In this document: positions 17,348-27,332 of the stretch, piece by piece
Position numbering within the stretch: the first letter of the stretch is position 1
Layout of the letters: each line of letters begins with the position of its first letter
Source: Kiritimatiellia bacterium
Lineage (GTDB): Bacteria; Verrucomicrobiota; Kiritimatiellia; JAKQHR01
NCBI GenBank assembly: GCA_050178035.1
Contig: JBFXGK010000010.1
Span: forward strand, 36,396-100,395
Length of the DNA stretch: 64,000 nucleotides
Reading direction: 5' to 3'
Notes under the pieces: model-generated
Databases searched by the model: none
What the model was told of the DNA's origin: nothing
Seen by the model: the letters and a program-made list of their open reading frames with translations, nothing else
Position numbers and translations under genes: made by a program

Positions 17348-19627
17348 CTACAGCTGTTCCTTCTTTGCCCACTCGCTCTCAGGATAGCGTTCCCGCAGCT
17401 CCTTGAGGGTCAGGTTTCTTTCGTCGTTTCGCTGGAGTTTTCCGAGGCATTCCGCTGCGCGCCACAGGCACTCCGGTACAAGGGCCGGTTCGTCAAAGAG
17501 AAGCCCCACGCTCAAGTAGTAGCGCGAGGCCTCATCGCAGTCATCCTTCGATTCGGCCACGCGGCCAAGGCCATAATAGCTGCGCGCGCGGATTTCCAGA
17601 AGATCGTCGCCGGGCGAGCGCTCAGCCGCGAGGGTGAACGCGCCGGACGCTTCGTCGGCTGCGCCGGCATCCAGTGCCAGCAAGCCCCACTGAAGAGCCG
17701 CATCGGCCGAGGTGCGCGCATCGCCGTCTGTTTCAGCCGCCTTCTTAAAGGCCTCGCGTGCCTCGTCCTTTTTACCGAGTCCGGAGGAAGCCTTGCCGGC
17801 GAGATACCAGCCGCCCTGCGCCCATGCCGCGGCATCTTTGCGTTTTGCGAGGGCCAGCGCAACCGTCTGGGCATCCGCAAAGGATTGCGCATTCAGCAAA
17901 CGGCTTGCCAGCCAGTGCATCAGGGCCGGTGGCATGTCGCCCATGGCCTTCTTCCCGGGCAGCGGCTGAAACATCGCGGCAGCCTCATCATCCCTGCCCG
18001 TCTGCTGCAGAAGCGCGGCCAGAGGGATTCTCAACTTGTCCCGCCATTCTTCCGGCGGCTTGCGATCCAGCGCGGCACGGTAGACTTTCTGCGCATCCTC
18101 TGCCTTCCCCGAGCGGGTCAGCAGCATGCCCAGCCGCCACGCGGCGTCATGCACATCCTTTGATTGCGGAAAATCGCGAATGAACTTTTCAAGCGTGCCG
18201 ATAGCCGGTTTGTCATTGCCAAGCTGCATCTCCACAAGCGCCTCGCGGAATGATGCCTGTTCGACAAGAGCCGCATCCTTGCACTGACTGCGCACAGCGC
18301 GCCATCCTTCAAGCGCGGCTTCCCAGCGGGCGGCCTTTTCCTCGCAAAAAGCCAAATTGAATTGTGCCGCGCAGGCAACATCGGATTCCGGATGGTCACG
18401 CACAATCCTCGCCAAAATATCCGAGGCCTCCGGGCACGCATCGCGCTTCAGCAGGATGTCCGCCCGCCGGTAGAGAACCGCGGGCAGCTCTTTGCTCCTG
18501 GAGAAAAGTTCCGCAAAATCCGCGCAGGCCTTCAGCGCCCGCTCATCATTCCCACCCGAAACGCAGGCTTCGATCATCAGAAGATGGGCCGCCTCGCTGA
18601 CGGACGAGTCTTTGAGCACCGGTTCAAGCATGTCGGCGGCCTTCTTGAAATCTTTCCCGTTGAAAAGGATCAAGGCCTGCTCGTAAATGGCCGCAGCGCG
18701 CCAGACGCTGTCCGGGTGATCCGCAATCAGCGCGGCATAAAGCGGCTTGGCTTCGTCCTCGCGGCCCAGCCGGCGGGCGCTGGCGGCCTGGAGATAGAGC
18801 CACTCGTCGGATGTTTTCTTCCCGTGCTTCGCGGCCAGTTCCGCGCAAGCGGTGTAATCCTCGGCATAAAACATTGCCCATGCGGCGCGAAGCGGGGCCT
18901 CGGCGGCGCGCTGATCGTCAGGCCAGTTTTTCAAGAGCCGGTCAAAAGCGGCGGCGCTGTCGCGGAACCTTTTCCTTTCAAAGGCCAGCACGGCCTGCTG
19001 AAAAGCGGCTTCGGCCGCAAGACGGGGCGAGGAATTATCGGCTGTCATCTGCTGATAAAGCTCCTCGGCATCGGCCGGCCTATCCGCCCTATAAATGGCC
19101 GCCAGTTCGAGTGCAGCAAACGAGGCATACGGAGATTTCTTGTGCTGGTCCACCACTTTAGAAAACGATGATTCCGCCTTTGCAGGCTGTCCGCTGTCCC
19201 TCAGGAGCATTCCCTGATGATACAGCGCGCCGGCTTCGATTTCGTCTTCCGGAGAGGATGCCAGCAGTTCGCCCAGCAGCACAAGGGCCTCGTCGAAGCT
19301 TTCCTGCTCCATCAGGATCTCGGCCCGGCGCAGGCGGGCCTTGTTGGCATACGGACTTTTCGGATGGGATGCGGTCAGCTTTCCGCAGGCCTCGGAGGCT
19401 CCGGCCATGTCTTTGCCCTTGATCAGGCACTCGGCAAGGCGGTAAAGGATCACGTCGGCATCCCCGCGGGAGGGTTCTTTCGCCAGAAGCTCGCGGTATT
19501 CGCGAGCGGCCATCTCGTGATAACCCCGGGCGTACAGCCCGTCGGCGAACTGCCGGGCGCTGTCCGTCTGCGCGAAAGCGGAAACGGAAAGCGCGAACCA
19601 TGCGGATAAAATAATCGCGAACCTCAT
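17348..19627 (-). CDS. Exported tetratricopeptide-repeat protein
   Basis: Signal peptide; many TPR units with HP.S/YP.S turns (BamD/CpoB-like). Confidence 0.88.
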   Translation of the reverse strand: MRFAIILSAWFALSVSAFAQTDSARQFADGLYARGYHEMAAREYRELLAKEPSRGDADVILYRLAECLIKGKDMAGASEACGKLTASHPKSPYANKARLRRAEILMEQESFDEALVLLGELLASSPEDEIEAGALYHQGMLLRDSGQPAKAESSFSKVVDQHKKSPYASFAALELAAIYRADRPADAEELYQQMTADNSSPRLAAEAAFQQAVLAFERKRFRDSAAAFDRLLKNWPDDQRAAEAPLRAAWAMFYAEDYTACAELAAKHGKKTSDEWLYLQAASARRLGREDEAKPLYAALIADHPDSVWRAAAIYEQALILFNGKDFKKAADMLEPVLKDSSVSEAAHLLMIEACVSGGNDERALKACADFAELFSRSKELPAVLYRRADILLKRDACPEASDILARIVRDHPESDVACAAQFNLAFCEEKAARWEAALEGWRAVRSQCKDAALVEQASFREALVEMQLGNDKPAIGTLEKFIRDFPQSKDVHDAAWRLGMLLTRSGKAEDAQKVYRAALDRKPPEEWRDKLRIPLAALLQQTGRDDEAAAMFQPLPGKKAMGDMPPALMHWLASRLLNAQSFADAQTVALALAKRKDAAAWAQGGWYLAGKASSGLGKKDEAREAFKKAAETDGDARTSADAALQWGLLALDAGAADEASGAFTLAAERSPGDDLLEIRARSYYGLGRVAESKDDCDEASRYYLSVGLLFDEPALVPECLWRAAECLGKLQRNDERNLTLKELRERYPESEWAKKEQL

Positions 19628-19628
19628 T

Positions 19629-20045
19629 CTATTCCTCCGGCACACTGGTCGCGAACGAGATGTTCCAGATATCGGCCTGGCGGCAAAGGTCCAGCACGCG
19701 GATCACATGCTGATAGGCGGTCTTCTGGTCGGCGCGGATGATGATCGGCTGTCCCGGAAAGAATCCGGAAAGGCGCTTCAGCAGCGGCCCGAGGCTGTCC
19801 TCCGGCTGCTCCTGTCCGCTGATCACAGTCCGGCCGTCAGCGAGGATGTTGATGATGAGTTCGCCGGGCAGGCGCTGGGGCACTTCGCCCGTCTGGGCGG
19901 TCGGCAGCGCTATGTCTATTTCCGTTTCCCACTGCGAGAAAACCTGCGTGGTGATAAAAAAGCACAGCAGCAGAAAGACCACGTCGATCATCGGCGCGAT
20001 CTGGAAGCTCAGCGGCTCGAGTTTGTTCTGTTTACGGAAATTCAT
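19629..20045 (-). CDS. exbD: ExbD/TolR-family protein
   Basis: APMIDVVFLLLCFF; IIIRADQ. Confidence 0.92.
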   Translation of the reverse strand: MNFRKQNKLEPLSFQIAPMIDVVFLLLCFFITTQVFSQWETEIDIALPTAQTGEVPQRLPGELIINILADGRTVISGQEQPEDSLGPLLKRLSGFFPGQPIIIRADQKTAYQHVIRVLDLCRQADIWNISFATSVPEE

Positions 20046-20776
20046 AAGGCGCTGGATTTTTCAGCCGGGGCATTTTCCGCTTCGAGCAGTTCGCCGAGGA
20101 TATCAGCGGAGGCGGCCTCGAGATTGGAAATGAGCTTGGAGCTGCGGCCGCGGAAATAGGAATAGAAGATCATGGCCGGGATGCCCACCAGCAGGCCGGC
20201 GGCGGTGGTGATCAGCGCCTGTGAAACACCGGCCGCGAGGATCATCGGCTTGGCTTTGGCGATGTCGAGCGCGACGGCGTTGAACGCGCGCAGCATGCCC
20301 ATGACGGTGCCCAGCAGGCCGACCATCGGGGAAATGACGCCCAGATCCAGCAGATACTGGATCTGGCCCTGCAGCAGCGAGGCCTGGCGGCTTCCTTCGC
20401 CCTCCATGATTTCCTTCAGCAGGACGGGCTCCATTTCGCGGCTGCTGTCCATGTGCTCCAGTCCGGCAAGGGCCACGCTCGCAGCCGCGTGATCCTCGCG
20501 GCGGCAGAGTTCCGCGGCGCGGTCCAGGCGGCGCTGCTTGAGTTCGGCATACAGCTCGTCCAGAAACCGACGGGGGCACACCCGCTCCTCGCGAAGCACC
20601 ATGAAGAAATAAATGATCATGGCAAGGCCGATCACCGACATCGCCCCGAGCACGTACATCAGCCAGCCGCCGGTTTCGATGATTTCGCCCAGCGACATGC
20701 GCTGTGCGACCGCCTCGGGATCCTGCGCGAAGACGGATGAGGCTGTTAAAAATATGAGGGCAGGGAATTTTCTCAT
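20042..20776 (-). CDS. exbB: MotA/TolQ/ExbB proton-channel protein
   Basis: SPMVGLLGTVMGM; ALITTAAGLLVGIPA. Confidence 0.92.
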   Translation of the reverse strand: MRKFPALIFLTASSVFAQDPEAVAQRMSLGEIIETGGWLMYVLGAMSVIGLAMIIYFFMVLREERVCPRRFLDELYAELKQRRLDRAAELCRREDHAAASVALAGLEHMDSSREMEPVLLKEIMEGEGSRQASLLQGQIQYLLDLGVISPMVGLLGTVMGMLRAFNAVALDIAKAKPMILAAGVSQALITTAAGLLVGIPAMIFYSYFRGRSSKLISNLEAASADILGELLEAENAPAEKSSAL

Positions 20777-20798
20777 TGCATTGTTCTCCACAGACTTT

Positions 20799-21416
20799 TC
20801 ACTGAACCTTGTGCCGCAGCAGTTCAGTGTGCTCGGCAAAATACATCGCGCCCGAGGCCACCGTGATCATGGTGACGGCCAGCCCGATGGCATAGGCAAT
20901 CAGGCCGAACGCGAAGTCGAACTTCAAGAGACTTTCTGTGGCAACGGTGTTGAGAATGTCGTAGCGCACCGCGAGCCCGAGCAGGATCACCGAAATGGCT
21001 ACGATCTGCCAGACGGTCTTGTGCTTGCCCCAGCGGCCGGCGGATATAATGTGCCCCATGCTGGAGGCCAGCAGGCGAAGTCCCGTAACCAGAAATTCGC
21101 GCGAGATGATCACCACGACAATCCAGACCGGCAGCAGCGGATGGTTCCATCCCGGCAGGCGGATGCCGACAAAACTGACCAGCGCGGAGCACACCAGCAC
21201 CTTGTCGGTGAGAGGATCCATCAGCCGGCCGAACGCCGTGACACCGTACACATTGCGCGCCAGATGCCCGTCCAGAAAATCCGTGATGCCCGCCAGGATG
21301 AAAACGAGCAGGGCCGCCGTCTTGGTCATCGGAAACGGCATTCCGATCAGGGCGATCAGGATCAGCGCCAGAAAAAGGCGGCTGACCGTGAGCATGTTGG
21401 GGATATTCCATTTCAT
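20799..21416 (-). CDS. pgsA: CDP-diacylglycerol-glycerol-3-phosphate phosphatidyltransferase
   Basis: NIPNMLT; TDFLDGHLAR...FGRLMDPLTDK. Confidence 0.93.
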   Translation of the reverse strand: MKWNIPNMLTVSRLFLALILIALIGMPFPMTKTAALLVFILAGITDFLDGHLARNVYGVTAFGRLMDPLTDKVLVCSALVSFVGIRLPGWNHPLLPVWIVVVIISREFLVTGLRLLASSMGHIISAGRWGKHKTVWQIVAISVILLGLAVRYDILNTVATESLLKFDFAFGLIAYAIGLAVTMITVASGAMYFAEHTELLRHKVQ

Positions 21417-21976
21417 TGAGCATCTCCATCTTGAACAGGTTTGGCCGACGGATCAAGCGCGTCCCAGTAGGGCTCCGGCGGATCCTCAAGAAATCCCGGT
21501 GTTGCCGCCATCCCGGCGCTTTCCTCTTCGGCACCGGCCGGAATTTCTCCCCGCTGCTCCGCGGCGGTCCTGATCCATGCCGCCAGATGCCAGATTAAAA
21601 TTAAAACGACAGCGGCGCCCAACAGCTTGAGCCAGACGGCGCGCGGAACTTTCTTCAGGCCAGCGGCCAGTTTCAAGCCGAGACTCTTTGCCGTTTTTTT
21701 CCATGCGGGCTGTTTCGTGTCCGGGGCGAGGACCGGCAGCGCGCTTCCGTACTGCTGCTGATATTCGAGGATCAGCGGGGCCGAATCCAGCCCGAGATAT
21801 TCCGCATAAAGCCGGATGAATCCCTTGGCGTAGGCGGGCGCGGCAATTTTCCCGAAATCGTTGTTTTCAAGATGCTGAACCGTCTGCACCTTCATCCGGG
21901 TCGCGATCGCGGCCTGCGAAAGCGTTACGCCCTTTTTCTCGCGGGCCTCTTTAAAAATCTGTCCCATGCGCGGCAT
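21413..21976 (-). CDS. RodZ-like HTH membrane protein
   Basis: AREKKGVTL..YAKGFIRLYAEYLGLD plus a TM helix; ftsK-rodZ-pgsA synteny. Confidence 0.82.
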   Translation of the reverse strand: MPRMGQIFKEAREKKGVTLSQAAIATRMKVQTVQHLENNDFGKIAAPAYAKGFIRLYAEYLGLDSAPLILEYQQQYGSALPVLAPDTKQPAWKKTAKSLGLKLAAGLKKVPRAVWLKLLGAAVVLILIWHLAAWIRTAAEQRGEIPAGAEEESAGMAATPGFLEDPPEPYWDALDPSAKPVQDGDAQ

Positions 21977-24324
21977 CAGTCGTTGATCTCCTCGTCGTCA
22001 TCGGGGTTCTGCGGGATTTCGCCGTCCAAATCAATCAGAATTTCGCGCGGGTCGGAACCGTTGGGCGGTCCGATAATCCCCTTTTCCTCGAGAACGTCCA
22101 TCAGGCGCGCGGCGCGCGTGTAGCCGATGCGCAGGCGGCGCTGGAGCGAAGAGGTGGACGCGCGGCGCGTCTGGCGGATGATCTCAACCGCCGGATCCAG
22201 CAGCTCATCGTCGCCGTCCATCTCCGGCAGATCCGCCTTCTTGTTCTCGATCTGCTCCTTGATCGCCATCTCATACTGCGGACGGCCCTGCTGCTTCCAG
22301 AAATCCACGATCTTGCGGATCTCGCCGTCGCTGGTCATGGTGCCCTGCGCGCGGACGAGCTTGCCGGTCTTCGGGGAGAGGAAAAGCATATCGCCCTTGC
22401 CCAGCAGCTTGTCGGCGCCGTTGGCGTCGAGAATTGTGCGGCTGTCGTTGCGCTGGGCCACCTGGAACGCAATGCGCGCGGGGATGTTGGCCTTGATGGA
22501 GCCCGTGATGACATTCACGGACGGCCGCTGCGTGGCGAGGATCATGTGAATGCCCGTCGCGCGCGAAAGCTGCGCGAGGCGCGCGATGTAGTTTTCCACC
22601 TCGGCCTGCGCCACCATCATCAGGTCGGCCAGTTCATCCACCACGATCACGATGTACGGCAGGCGGTCGGGCATTTTTGCGGCGCTGTTTTCAGCGGCCT
22701 CGTCGGGCTCGCCGAAAAGCTCCTCCTGCGTCACTTTCGGTCGCGAGTTGTAGGCGGAGATGTTGCGCACGCCCGCCTTGGCAAAGAGCTTGTAGCGCTT
22801 TTCCATCTCCATGATCGCCCAGCGGAGCCCGAGGCCGACTTTCTTGGGGTCGGTGATCACCGGCACGACCAGGTGCGGCAGCTCATTATAGAAGGAAAAC
22901 TCGACAATCTTCGGATCCACCAGCATCAGGCGCATCTGGTCCGGCGTGCGCGACATGAGCAGGCCCGCCAGAAGCGAGTTCATGCAGACGGTCTTGCCCG
23001 AGCCGGTCGCGCCGGCGATCAGCATGTGGGGCATGTCCGAAAGGTCGGAGATGATGTCGTTGCCGCCCACGTCCTTGCCCAGCGCCATCGGGAGCGCGGC
23101 GCGCGATTTCTGCCACGCTTCGCCCTCGAGGAGCTCGCGCAGATAGACCAGGGTGGTGGTCGAGTTGGGCACCTCGATGCCCACGACGCCCTTGCCCGGG
23201 ATCGGCGCCTGCACGCGGATGCTCACGGCCTTCATCGCGAGCGCGATGTTGTTGCTCAGCGCGCTGATGCGCTCGACGCGGATGCCCGCGGCGGGCAGAA
23301 CCTCAAAGCGCGTGACCACCGGACCGCGCTCGACGTTGGTGACCTCGGCATCAATTCCGAAATCGGCCAGGGTTTCCTTCAGGATGTTCGCGCTCTCCTC
23401 AAAGTTTTCCTTGATCTGCCGGTCGCGCGCGGGAGGCGGCTTGTCCAGCAGGTTCATCGGCGGCAGCGTGTACTGCGGCGTGATAGCGGGCAGCGTGTCG
23501 GCTCCCGACGGCCCGGTCTCCTCGACCGGCGGAGGCTTGGGTTTTTCTCTGCGCGGCGGGCGCGGAGGTGGCGGCGGGGGCGGCGGTTCCGGCTCAGGCT
23601 CGGGCGCCGGCGGGGTCTCCACCACCGGAGCAGGCTTGCGGGGCTCCCGCTTGACAATTCTTTCAAGCTGCTTGCGCTTGCGCTCCAGTTCGTGGGCTTC
23701 CTCATCAAGAGCTTCGCGGCGGTCTTTCGCACCACGCCACAGCGACGCGATCCTGCGGGAACCGGCTGCCAGCAGCCCGCCGAGTCCGCCCACCGTCTGA
23801 ACGGGTTCAACCTCGAAGAGCAGCACCAGGCCGGCCAGCAGCGCGCAGATTGCCACGACCGCGCAGCCCGCAACGCCCAGCAGGCGCACCAGGAATGCGG
23901 TCGCCAGCAGATGGCCGATGAGGCCGCCCGCATAGGGAATGTTCAGATGCTGCCGCAGAGCGGCCCACAGGTCGGGCTGCAGTTCCACGATGCAGCAAAG
24001 CGAAACCAGCACCACAAGCTGATGCAGCGCCTTGGCCCACAGGCTTCCGCTTCTCTTGAAAATAAGGAACAGGCCCTGCGCCAGAAGTGCCGCCGGGAAC
24101 AGATAGCCCGGCGCGCCGAACAACCAGAACACGGCCAGCCCCATCCACGCCCCGGCGGGCCCGATCAGATTCGTTCCCTGCTCGTTCGGCGGCTCCTGGA
24201 TCAGCGGGAGATCGCCCGCCTGCCACGACACCAGGCTGAGCAGAAAAATGACGCCCAGCCCGATGAAGACAAATCCCCACGCGCTGCGCCAAGCTGTTCT
24301 TCCTGTTTCGCCTGTACTGGACAT
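21976..24324 (-). CDS. ftsK: DNA translocase FtsK/SpoIIIE
   Basis: N-terminal TM region; PHMLIAGATGSGKT; VVDELADLMM; ATQRPS; gamma domain LQRRLRIGYTRAARL. Confidence 0.97.
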   Translation of the reverse strand: MSSTGETGRTAWRSAWGFVFIGLGVIFLLSLVSWQAGDLPLIQEPPNEQGTNLIGPAGAWMGLAVFWLFGAPGYLFPAALLAQGLFLIFKRSGSLWAKALHQLVVLVSLCCIVELQPDLWAALRQHLNIPYAGGLIGHLLATAFLVRLLGVAGCAVVAICALLAGLVLLFEVEPVQTVGGLGGLLAAGSRRIASLWRGAKDRREALDEEAHELERKRKQLERIVKREPRKPAPVVETPPAPEPEPEPPPPPPPPRPPRREKPKPPPVEETGPSGADTLPAITPQYTLPPMNLLDKPPPARDRQIKENFEESANILKETLADFGIDAEVTNVERGPVVTRFEVLPAAGIRVERISALSNNIALAMKAVSIRVQAPIPGKGVVGIEVPNSTTTLVYLRELLEGEAWQKSRAALPMALGKDVGGNDIISDLSDMPHMLIAGATGSGKTVCMNSLLAGLLMSRTPDQMRLMLVDPKIVEFSFYNELPHLVVPVITDPKKVGLGLRWAIMEMEKRYKLFAKAGVRNISAYNSRPKVTQEELFGEPDEAAENSAAKMPDRLPYIVIVVDELADLMMVAQAEVENYIARLAQLSRATGIHMILATQRPSVNVITGSIKANIPARIAFQVAQRNDSRTILDANGADKLLGKGDMLFLSPKTGKLVRAQGTMTSDGEIRKIVDFWKQQGRPQYEMAIKEQIENKKADLPEMDGDDELLDPAVEIIRQTRRASTSSLQRRLRIGYTRAARLMDVLEEKGIIGPPNGSDPREILIDLDGEIPQNPDDDEEIND

Positions 24325-24409
24325 GCGGAAAACCATAGCAGTTTCAAACACGGCATATCAAGCATTGCCCGATGCAAAGTCGCAGAGACCACTTGGGCGC
24401 CGCCAAGGC

Positions 24410-24447
24410 AAAAAAATGCAAAAACGGGCAAAAAAAGCCGATTTTTG
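24410..24447. repeat. Short phased A/T-tract array upstream of ftsK
   Basis: A-tracts start at 24410, 24420 and 24430; T-tract at 24442. Confidence 0.6.
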
Positions 24448-24748
24448 GGCTCATCGGGAAAGATCCTGTCTGAAAACATTTGAAAAAACATATATTTTTG
24501 AACAAGCCCAGCCCGCGGCTCCGCGAGAATGGGCCCGCCCAGCTCGTCGGAGCGGGGTCGCGGGCAGGTAAGGCTCTCCTGCAAATCGGAGACACATGCA
24601 GGATGTTGTTGCCTCCGAGCAGAAACCCGCTTCGAGTGAGAGAGCAATCCATTGCGCATCTTATAGTTACAATCATTGCAATACGTTATTACTTGTCCGA
24701 CTATCCATTGTATGTCTTATCTTGGACAGGAACTTTTCGGATGAACCG

Positions 24749-24818
24749 ATTTTTGGCCAAAAAGTGCTGTTTTTTGGCTTTTTTGATCAAAAATGCCCGT
24801 TTTTTGAGCATTTTTTTG
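24749..24818. repeat. Phased mixed A/T-tract array C (7 tracts)
   Basis: Tracts start near 24750(T), 24759(A), 24770(T), 24779(T), 24789(A), 24800(T) and 24811(T). Confidence 0.8.
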
Positions 24819-24900
24819 GAATCCGGATGGCCGGGCGCTTTTTTATGATTTGACAGCGCAACCGGTTTAAAAGACTGTGAATGCAGTTTTCGCAACCAGA

Positions 24901-26802
24901 ATGAAGAGGAGTCCTGAAAATATTTTTTTGGCGCTGCTGATCATCACAGCGGCGGCAGGGCTGTGCTTCGGGGCCGGCGATGCGCCCTTCGGGTACATTG
25001 AGTCAACAGAGAACACCCTGATTCCCGTGCCGGATGCAGAGCACATCTTCGCCCCCGGTGAGAGCTATCCGCTGCTGCAGGACAATGCCGAACTTTTTAT
25101 CGTCGCGCTCTCGGAAGACCTGCTGGCCGCAGTCCGCAAGCTGGACCGGAAGGGAAATCCGATCGCATGGGTAACGCTTCAGAAACAGCTTATTTTCGGG
25201 GACAAGGCCCGGTCGGTGGAAGGCAGTCTCCTTCTGCAGGCGGGCGATGAGCTCCTGATCCTGAAGGAGACCCAGAATTCCCGCGTTGTGGAATTCAGCG
25301 CCTACCGGCACAGCGTCAGGCTGGACATCCCCAAAAAACTTCCGGCTGGACTGGCATTTGTGCCGCCCGAAAAGGAACTGGTGCCGATTGAGCAACCGGT
25401 GCAGATCACCATGGCGGGATCCGAAAAACCGTCCCCGCCCAAGCCCGCTCCAAAGCCGGTCGCAGTTCCTGCCCTCAGGCCAAAACCGAAACCTGTTCCC
25501 GTCGTGAAAACCACGGCGCCCGCCATGGTCAAGGAGCCTGTTATCGAGCCTGCGCCCGTTGCACAACCTCCGCCCGAGCCGCAACCAGCGCCTGCGCCTG
25601 CTCCCGTACCGGTTCAACAGCCGCCAGAAACTCCGCAACCGGCTGAAGCGCTGCCGGAAAAACCGGCGGAGCCTCCGCAGCCTGCTCCGGTGCCCGCGGC
25701 CGAAACCGCAGTCACACCCGCGCCGGAACCCGTGGCCGCTGCGGCGGAAACCGCGAAGCCCGTTGAAGCGCCCGCCCCCTCCCCGGCGCCCGTTGAAACA
25801 CCTCCAGACGCGCCGGCAGAAGTTCCGCCTGAGGAAGCGCCCGCACCGGCAGCAGCAGAACCGCCCGCCGAATTGCCCGTTCCGGTCGAAGCGCCCGCCG
25901 AGACACCCGCTGAAACTTCTATAGTGGCAGCCGTCACGGAAACAGCCGCCGTTGCCGTTGCGGCCGCCGCGGCAGAACCCGAAGCCAAACCTGCGCCGCC
26001 AGTTCCCCGGCAGAATCCGGTCATCCGGTTCCTCGATCGGTTCATGCTCTCAAGCTACATCCTGCTGCTCATCGCCGTTATTGAGGGCGTTTTCATTATA
26101 AAGCTTCGCAGGAAGGCGGCCGAACCGCCCGGCGAGGCCGCCGCGGAAGAGGAACCGCCGCCGGTTCTGCCCGAGCTGGACCTGACGGAATTCAAGAAAT
26201 ATTTCCAGAGCCTGCGCACATCCATGGGGCAGATCAGCGGGCCGTTCGGAGACTTCACGACCTATCAGCTGGTCTACTACCTGCACACCGCCAGGGAAAC
26301 CGGCGGGCTGGAACTGGAACAGAAGAAGGGCATCGTCTCCGCCGAGATGTTCTTCTCCAACGGCGAAATCGTGCACGGCTTTGTCGGCAACAAGGTGGAT
26401 GACGAGGCCGTGCTCGAGGTTCTTTGCATGAAGTGCGAATCGTTCAACTATACGCATCTGCCGGTGATCATCGAACAGCACACCATCCGCAATCCAACAG
26501 TCAATTTCCTGATCGCCGCCGCGCCGCCGCCCCCGGAAGAACCCGGGACTCCGATCGAAGAAGAAACCGCGGAACCCGAAGGGCCGGCGGCGGAACCCCA
26601 AAGTCAATCCGCAGAAGGAGCCTCCGCCGAAGACGACGAGGCGGCCTCCATGCTGGCCCGTCTGCTGGCCGAGGATGATGAAAAACCGGCGGCGCCCGCA
26701 AAACCCGAGGCGGCCGCCGGCGAGGGGGAATCCGATCCCGAATGGGACGAGATCATGAAGACCCTGAAGGTCCTCGACGATATGAAGCAGAAGCCTAAAT
26801 AG
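24901..26802 (+). CDS. Membrane protein: exported N-domain, Pro/Ala/Glu linker, TM helix, cytoplasmic DUF4388-like domain
   Basis: Signal peptide; about 200-aa PAE-rich stretch; ISGPFGDF..QLVYYL..RETGGLEL..MFFSNGEIVHG resembles DUF4388/PatA-N. Confidence 0.7.
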   Translation: MKRSPENIFLALLIITAAAGLCFGAGDAPFGYIESTENTLIPVPDAEHIFAPGESYPLLQDNAELFIVALSEDLLAAVRKLDRKGNPIAWVTLQKQLIFGDKARSVEGSLLLQAGDELLILKETQNSRVVEFSAYRHSVRLDIPKKLPAGLAFVPPEKELVPIEQPVQITMAGSEKPSPPKPAPKPVAVPALRPKPKPVPVVKTTAPAMVKEPVIEPAPVAQPPPEPQPAPAPAPVPVQQPPETPQPAEALPEKPAEPPQPAPVPAAETAVTPAPEPVAAAAETAKPVEAPAPSPAPVETPPDAPAEVPPEEAPAPAAAEPPAELPVPVEAPAETPAETSIVAAVTETAAVAVAAAAAEPEAKPAPPVPRQNPVIRFLDRFMLSSYILLLIAVIEGVFIIKLRRKAAEPPGEAAAEEEPPPVLPELDLTEFKKYFQSLRTSMGQISGPFGDFTTYQLVYYLHTARETGGLELEQKKGIVSAEMFFSNGEIVHGFVGNKVDDEAVLEVLCMKCESFNYTHLPVIIEQHTIRNPTVNFLIAAAPPPPEEPGTPIEEETAEPEGPAAEPQSQSAEGASAEDDEAASMLARLLAEDDEKPAAPAKPEAAAGEGESDPEWDEIMKTLKVLDDMKQKPK

Positions 26803-27136
26803 AAAGTTCCCGGGCCAGGATTTCGCTGGCCTCGTCAAACTCTATGCCGATTTCGCGCGATTTCCCGTTCGGGTGCACATCCACGCGAACCACGCGGCCC
26901 CGGATGACAATGTTATCCTCGCGAATGCCGATCTCCACCTCCATCTCGGACCCCATCACAATTTCCTGGAACACTTCCAGCCGGATGCCGGACTTGCTCA
27001 GGTCAAGCGTCCGCCCCAGGGAAACGGGAAATTTCTGAATCCCCTTTTCCCTGTTGGTGTAGGACACCAGGTAAAGGCCCCGAATCCGCGGATGACGCCG
27101 GGGATCCTCAATACGAAGTGTTTCGCTCTTTTTCAT
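26795..27136 (-). CDS. PilZ-domain (c-di-GMP-binding) protein
   Basis: RRHPR and DLSKSG motifs; GRVVR..GIEF. Confidence 0.88.
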   Translation of the reverse strand: MKKSETLRIEDPRRHPRIRGLYLVSYTNREKGIQKFPVSLGRTLDLSKSGIRLEVFQEIVMGSEMEVEIGIREDNIVIRGRVVRVDVHPNGKSREIGIEFDEASEILARELSI

Positions 27137-27332
27137 TGTCAGCCTCCGATGCCCGCATGGATACATCAATCAACAATAAATATACCGCCAACGCCCGCAA
27201 CCTCCAAGCGTAATTTCGGCGGCATCGGGCGGAAAAAGGGCCGCGAAACAAAAAAACATTCCCCCTATTCCAAAGATTGGAGGTTTAGTGTATAAGGGTC
27301 GTTTGCTTTTAAGAGAAAAGAGGAGAAAACGA

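Noticed and set aside
22546-24483. Long antisense ORFs, e.g. 645 aa opposite ftsK, and others at 11753-12976, 27621-28847, 51807-53090, 53313-54521, 58561-60324 and 61086-62426
   Set aside because: They are shadows of well-supported genes in high-GC3 DNA and show no recognisable motifs.
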